Source: Raillietiella orientalis
Taxonomy: Eukaryota
Direction of reading: 5' to 3'
Length of the DNA stretch: 64,000 nt
Assembly: GCA_036172245.1 (NCBI GenBank)
Contig: JAYWIR010000098.1
Location: 124,001-188,000 of the forward strand
Positions 59,901-64,000 of the stretch are shown here, one piece after another. Made by a program: the position numbers and the translations under genes. A model generated the notes under the pieces. That model was not told where the DNA came from, did no database searches, and saw only the letters and a list, made by a program, of their open reading frames with translations. Each line of letters starts with the position of its first letter. The stretch's first letter is position 1.

Positions 59901-61600
59901 ACGACGATGAAGAGTAGTCGCCACAGCATGATGCCTTCCAAAACTTCACACGGGATGAGACATAATAAGGAATGCCGCGTTCGAACGAAACTCGCCATGG
60001 CTTCTACAGAAATGAGGAATTACGCGGACTGGAAACCAATAAGAACTGTGGTCAACAGTTGTAAAGACATGAGTCAAACATGTCCAGCGCACACAGCTTA
60101 CGAAATCGTTACACTCCAACTATCGTGATCCAAACATCAGGCAATCCCAGCTGTACGAAAGTTTGCTGCTAAACGGAGGAGCAAAGAGAGTGCAGATTGG
60201 AGACGACAAGCTGCGTACTGAACATCAATAGAGAACACTAACAACGATTTAACACTCCATGAGGCCTCACGGCAAAGAACTACATAAAGCTTCTCCGAAC
60301 GTATTAAACGCTGAGTCTGTGCAACGGTTTCCACTCACGAGACGTGCAAGAAGAAATCAGGTTGCTTCGAAAATGATATCCATGGCAGCGCGATATATCC
60401 GAAACATCCGGTCCACAGCTAGAAAAGGATGTGAAAACGGAATGGAAAGCAACCGGAATTCGATGAAGTTTCTCTAATTAAATCACACGCAGCTGGATGC
60501 AACATACTGGACAGTACGAAGCCATACGCCTGAAGATGTTTTTATGCTCAAACATCACGAAAAAGTCATCTGAAACTTCAAACACCTATCTGCCTTACGT
60601 TATTCATTTCATGTTTCTAACGCTGCTCACCCAATATCAGTCAGGTGGGCTACGATGACGCTTCCTTTTTAATAAAATAGGTAACAAGCATACCGTTTTG
60701 CACCCAGAATCTCAGCAGTTGTTCTCACTGGATTCATCTGCTGCGTGTACGGTTTCACCATATAGATGTTCTGATAGAAGCACGAGATAATCAAGATACC
60801 CTACACAGCGCTCCCTGGTCATCCAGCGCCACTTTGCGAAAATTTTGCGTTGGTGAAGCCGTCATTCGAAGGGCGGTTGTCTTCCAAAGAAGGTAATGAA
60901 AACATCGGTAACATTCGCCATAAACCGTGTCCTCGTTCTCTTTGCCTTCAATCTCTGTGTAGTTCCCCAAGAGGTAAAGGGGAGCCATGAGCCGATAGAA
61001 GAGAATCGTGCATTAAGCTGTTAGAAGGTTGGACTCGATTCAGTGTTTAGCCTTCACAGTTTCAGTTCTTACAGCTTCATTGGAGCTCATAAATTGAAAG
61101 TCTCCTGCATCATCCGAAGAATCAGGAACGACCGTTTCCGGCGGACAAACCGGAAAAAAACCCAATGCAACTTACCAGCGAGAGTTAGCTCACAGCGTTC
61201 GAGTACAAAACAAGTAGCAAGAAGAGTACTAAAAAAAAAAGCAAATGAAGATTCACTACAACGGGGGCTTCATCGTCAGTGAATAAACAGAGGAAAGCAA
61301 AGTACTCCTTAACACGCAAATAAACGAGATGCTTCAGCAACGGAGGAGACCACCTGAATGTAGAGTCGAAAGTACCTGAAGATGCTACTGCACATACGTC
61401 GACTCATACATGCAGCGAAAAACTAAAAATGCACCAATCTTTAAAGGGAACGGATCGGGATCCAAAAGGCTTCCCTGCCTAAGCTGGTAAGTCTACCACA
61501 GCTGAAGTCTTCTAGGCCGACGACAGTCGCTCATAAGTAAAACGCTGGTTCTTCCTGTTAAGGGAAACTAAAAATTCAAGTGAAAAGGAAATGATTGCAA
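56925..61600. other. AT-rich, non-repetitive-looking flank; no gene callable
   Basis: Abrupt fall in GC; only short ORFs with no motif I recognise. A spliced host gene cannot be excluded. Confidence 0.6.
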
Positions 61601-62690
61601 ACGAGATTTCTGCTGCACGAGGACAGACGATCAAGTTTCGTCGATGATGATCCAACAGCAAACAGTTTGCATCTCAACAAAGTGTAGTCATAAGAGGTTA
61701 ATCTCTTGAAACTTAGGTGTGATAGTCGCTTGGTGAAACGTTGTAATAAAACTCCTGACGCTAAAAATACACAGGGTTTCCCATGACGGAGACGGATCCA
61801 TAGAATGGCTGCTCGAAGGGACAGCAGCGTGACTATTCCATTCTCAACGCTTTCAATGAGCAAATTCCTCAATAGACTAATAAATAGCCTTGGAGTCTAG
61901 TGGGATGTAGCAGTGATTTCTGGCGATCTCATTTAGAATAGATTCGCAGTTTTTGTCAACTGTAACCATACAGCAGAGCGAAGCCGTGCTAAAGCATTCG
62001 GTTTTACTCCCGTCAGCAGCAATGGTGCAGAAAAAAAGGGAATTTAGATCGTGCCATGTAAAAACAAAAAGTTCGACTGCAACAAAATGGCGTGATCACT
62101 TAGAGTCTCTTCATTTTAGAATCTTTCTTTTTTTTTTCCAGCGCATCGCATTCAAGAGGCACCTCGCAACCGAGAAGGGTCCGCAACGCCACTCTGTATC
62201 GCAGGTATCAACACTCTCAGCAGCCTCACGTCTCAGTGTTGCCTCGCATTCGCGGCACATAACTCAAAGGCGTTGCCCACTGCTGCCAGGAGGAGGGATG
62301 GTGCGAGCGTTAGAAATTTTATCATTCGACTGCTTGTCTGCATGGGGTCGCTAAAATTGTCTTGCCCAAACTTTCTTACCTTTGGCGTCCACGATGGTAC
62401 CATACAATGCACGTGAACGGTGTTGCGTCGTTCCGTTTTCTCCTCCTGCTTGTCAGTTCTCATTTGCCCACCCGCACCGCCCGAATGCTTTCTCCCTAAG
62501 GCACTGAGAATTAAGAGCTTTCTATCCTTTCCGTCTGCCTTCTCCTCTGTTTGTTTGTTGGGATTCGAAAAGCAGCATGGAACTCATCCGTTCCAAGCAT
62601 ACGCAGCATAGGTCGAGAGGCTCTCCGGAGCATCCCGTCAGGCGTGCCTCTTCGTATTGAATTGTACGCAGCAGACAAAAGATGCGTGCG
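61600..62690 (+). pseudogene. Possible heavily decayed ORF2 relic
   Basis: Collinear traces: AVISGDL (~61910, GDFN-like), FPAHRI..GVRN (~62140-62190), LLPGGG (~62280, LLPKGG-like), PVRR (~62635). Confidence 0.4.
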
Positions 62691-64000
62691 CGCGTCGGAC
62701 CGCCTTGCAACGCACCTGCCGCGCGACTATCCCGGTACGCCCGCGGTGTCAGCATATGCACGACCTTATGCTGCTGCTCCCTATGTCCACTTTGGCATCG
62801 GCGTTCGAGGAGTTCTTCGACCTGCTAAGTCGGGGAACCGAATTTGGGGTGAACCGGGCGAACGCGTCCATCATTCCAATAGGTGCGGCGTGGGCAGGGC
62901 ATCCGGACTGGGTCCGTTTGGGGATCTTCACGGTACGGTACTTCAAGTACCTCGGTGTACCGATGGGTGATTATCTCCCTTCGGATGCGTGGTCCAGCTG
63001 CCTTCAAAAGTTAGAGACGGCGATCGGCCCGTTCCTGGAAGGCAAGTTTCACTTGCCGGAACGGGCCGCGGTTTGGAACGCTTTTGCGGCCCCCATCCTC
63101 CGCTTCTTGCTTTTTGTTTGACCCGCCCCCAGAGAATGCAAAAATAGGACAAAGGACCTCCTCCGCATAGCCCTTTGGGGCAAGGGGAGGCCCCGAGTCC
63201 CTCTGAAGGACTTGTGCGCTCCGCGTCAGGACGGCGGCCTTGGCCTCCGGACGCTGGAGCACGTGGAAATCCAGCTGCGGTGACGAACCCTCGCCATCGC
63301 AGCGAAGATGTGGAGCACCCCTTGGTGCGTTCCGGACCGCTTCCTCGCCACGCGTGTGTCCCGATGCGAAGGACTCGCGTCGTTTCTTCTGTGCTTTGGC
63401 CGGAAGATCCGAAGATGCGGCCTTATGCTCGGACGCATAGCAACCCTGGCGAAGACGAACGGTTGGATGGTTTGTGGCCCCGCCAACTCCTCCGCCTGGT
63501 TGGAGGAGTCTGCTGGCACATGGGCTAAGCAGAACCGAAGGAGTGAAAACAATATGAACTGCCTACGAATCGGCCCATACGCCAACCGCACCCTGCGGGA
63601 AATACTGGAATTTCCCCGGAGTCGCAGGTGGGCCTTGACGACCCTACTTGCTTCGGCGATGCCCTACCTCCTGAAGGCGCTTCAGGATCGCCAGAAGCCG
63701 AGGTGGCAAGTCACCTGCCAGATCGCAGGCAGGGAGAAGATGTTAAGCGGCTGGACCACAGGAGAACTGGTGGACGCCACGACACCGAGCGTCCAGCCGC
63801 GTGGATTAATGAGATGGGGCAAGCTGCTCGCCATCCGTACGGATGTGCTGAAGTGGCCCCCGGTACTGAAGGAATCCAGGATCCTGCCCCTTAAGTGGCA
63901 AGAGTCGGCGTTGCTACTGCTGCTCTGGGGTTTACCCTGCAACGCACGCCGCTTCCACTGGACAAGGGGAGCTGTGGATCCTGAGTGTGTCAGGTGCGGA
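62690..64000 (+). mobile_element. ORF2 fragment (RT palm to C-terminal domain), B-like, running off the window
   Basis: PGTPAVSAY.., RYFKYLG, GKFHLPERAAVWNAF, LKWQESALL..WGLPCNARR..CVRCG. Confidence 0.9.

Noticed and set aside
56925..61600. Short ORFs as host genes or exons
   Set aside because: No recognisable domain and no splice model I can support by eye; needs RNA-seq or homology search.

Overview
Eukaryotic genomic DNA. Positions 1-~56,925 are an almost gap-free, nested array of L1-superfamily (Tx1/Zepp-like) non-LTR retrotransposons. Each has ORF1 (two CCHC knuckles) and ORF2 (APE endonuclease, YADD-type RT, C-terminal CCHC finger). I resolve about 10 related lineages, with informal labels A-J; every copy shows stops or frameshifts. 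Four insertions have recognisable 5' and 3' ends (C, D, D', E), flanked by 8-17 bp target-site duplications (TSDs). Main signal: the nesting is not random. Each family re-uses its own insertion site inside conserved coding motifs of sister elements. D targets the endonuclease GDFN codons (sense, 2 different hosts), E targets the RT DLxKAFD codons (antisense, 3 loci), and B targets the linker PxGF(G/R)EG codons (antisense, 4 junctions). Two paralogous B copies give reciprocal filled and empty sites. The families share a 5' GGACGTG motif, an AATAAA plus CCCGG-loop-CCGGG 3' hairpin with almost no poly(A), TAATG stop-start coupling, and a PxVxL-like ORF1 motif. Positions ~56,925-61,600 are AT-rich with no gene I can call, followed by a decayed relic and another ORF2 fragment running off the window. 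The organism is not identifiable, and all alignments were done by eye.
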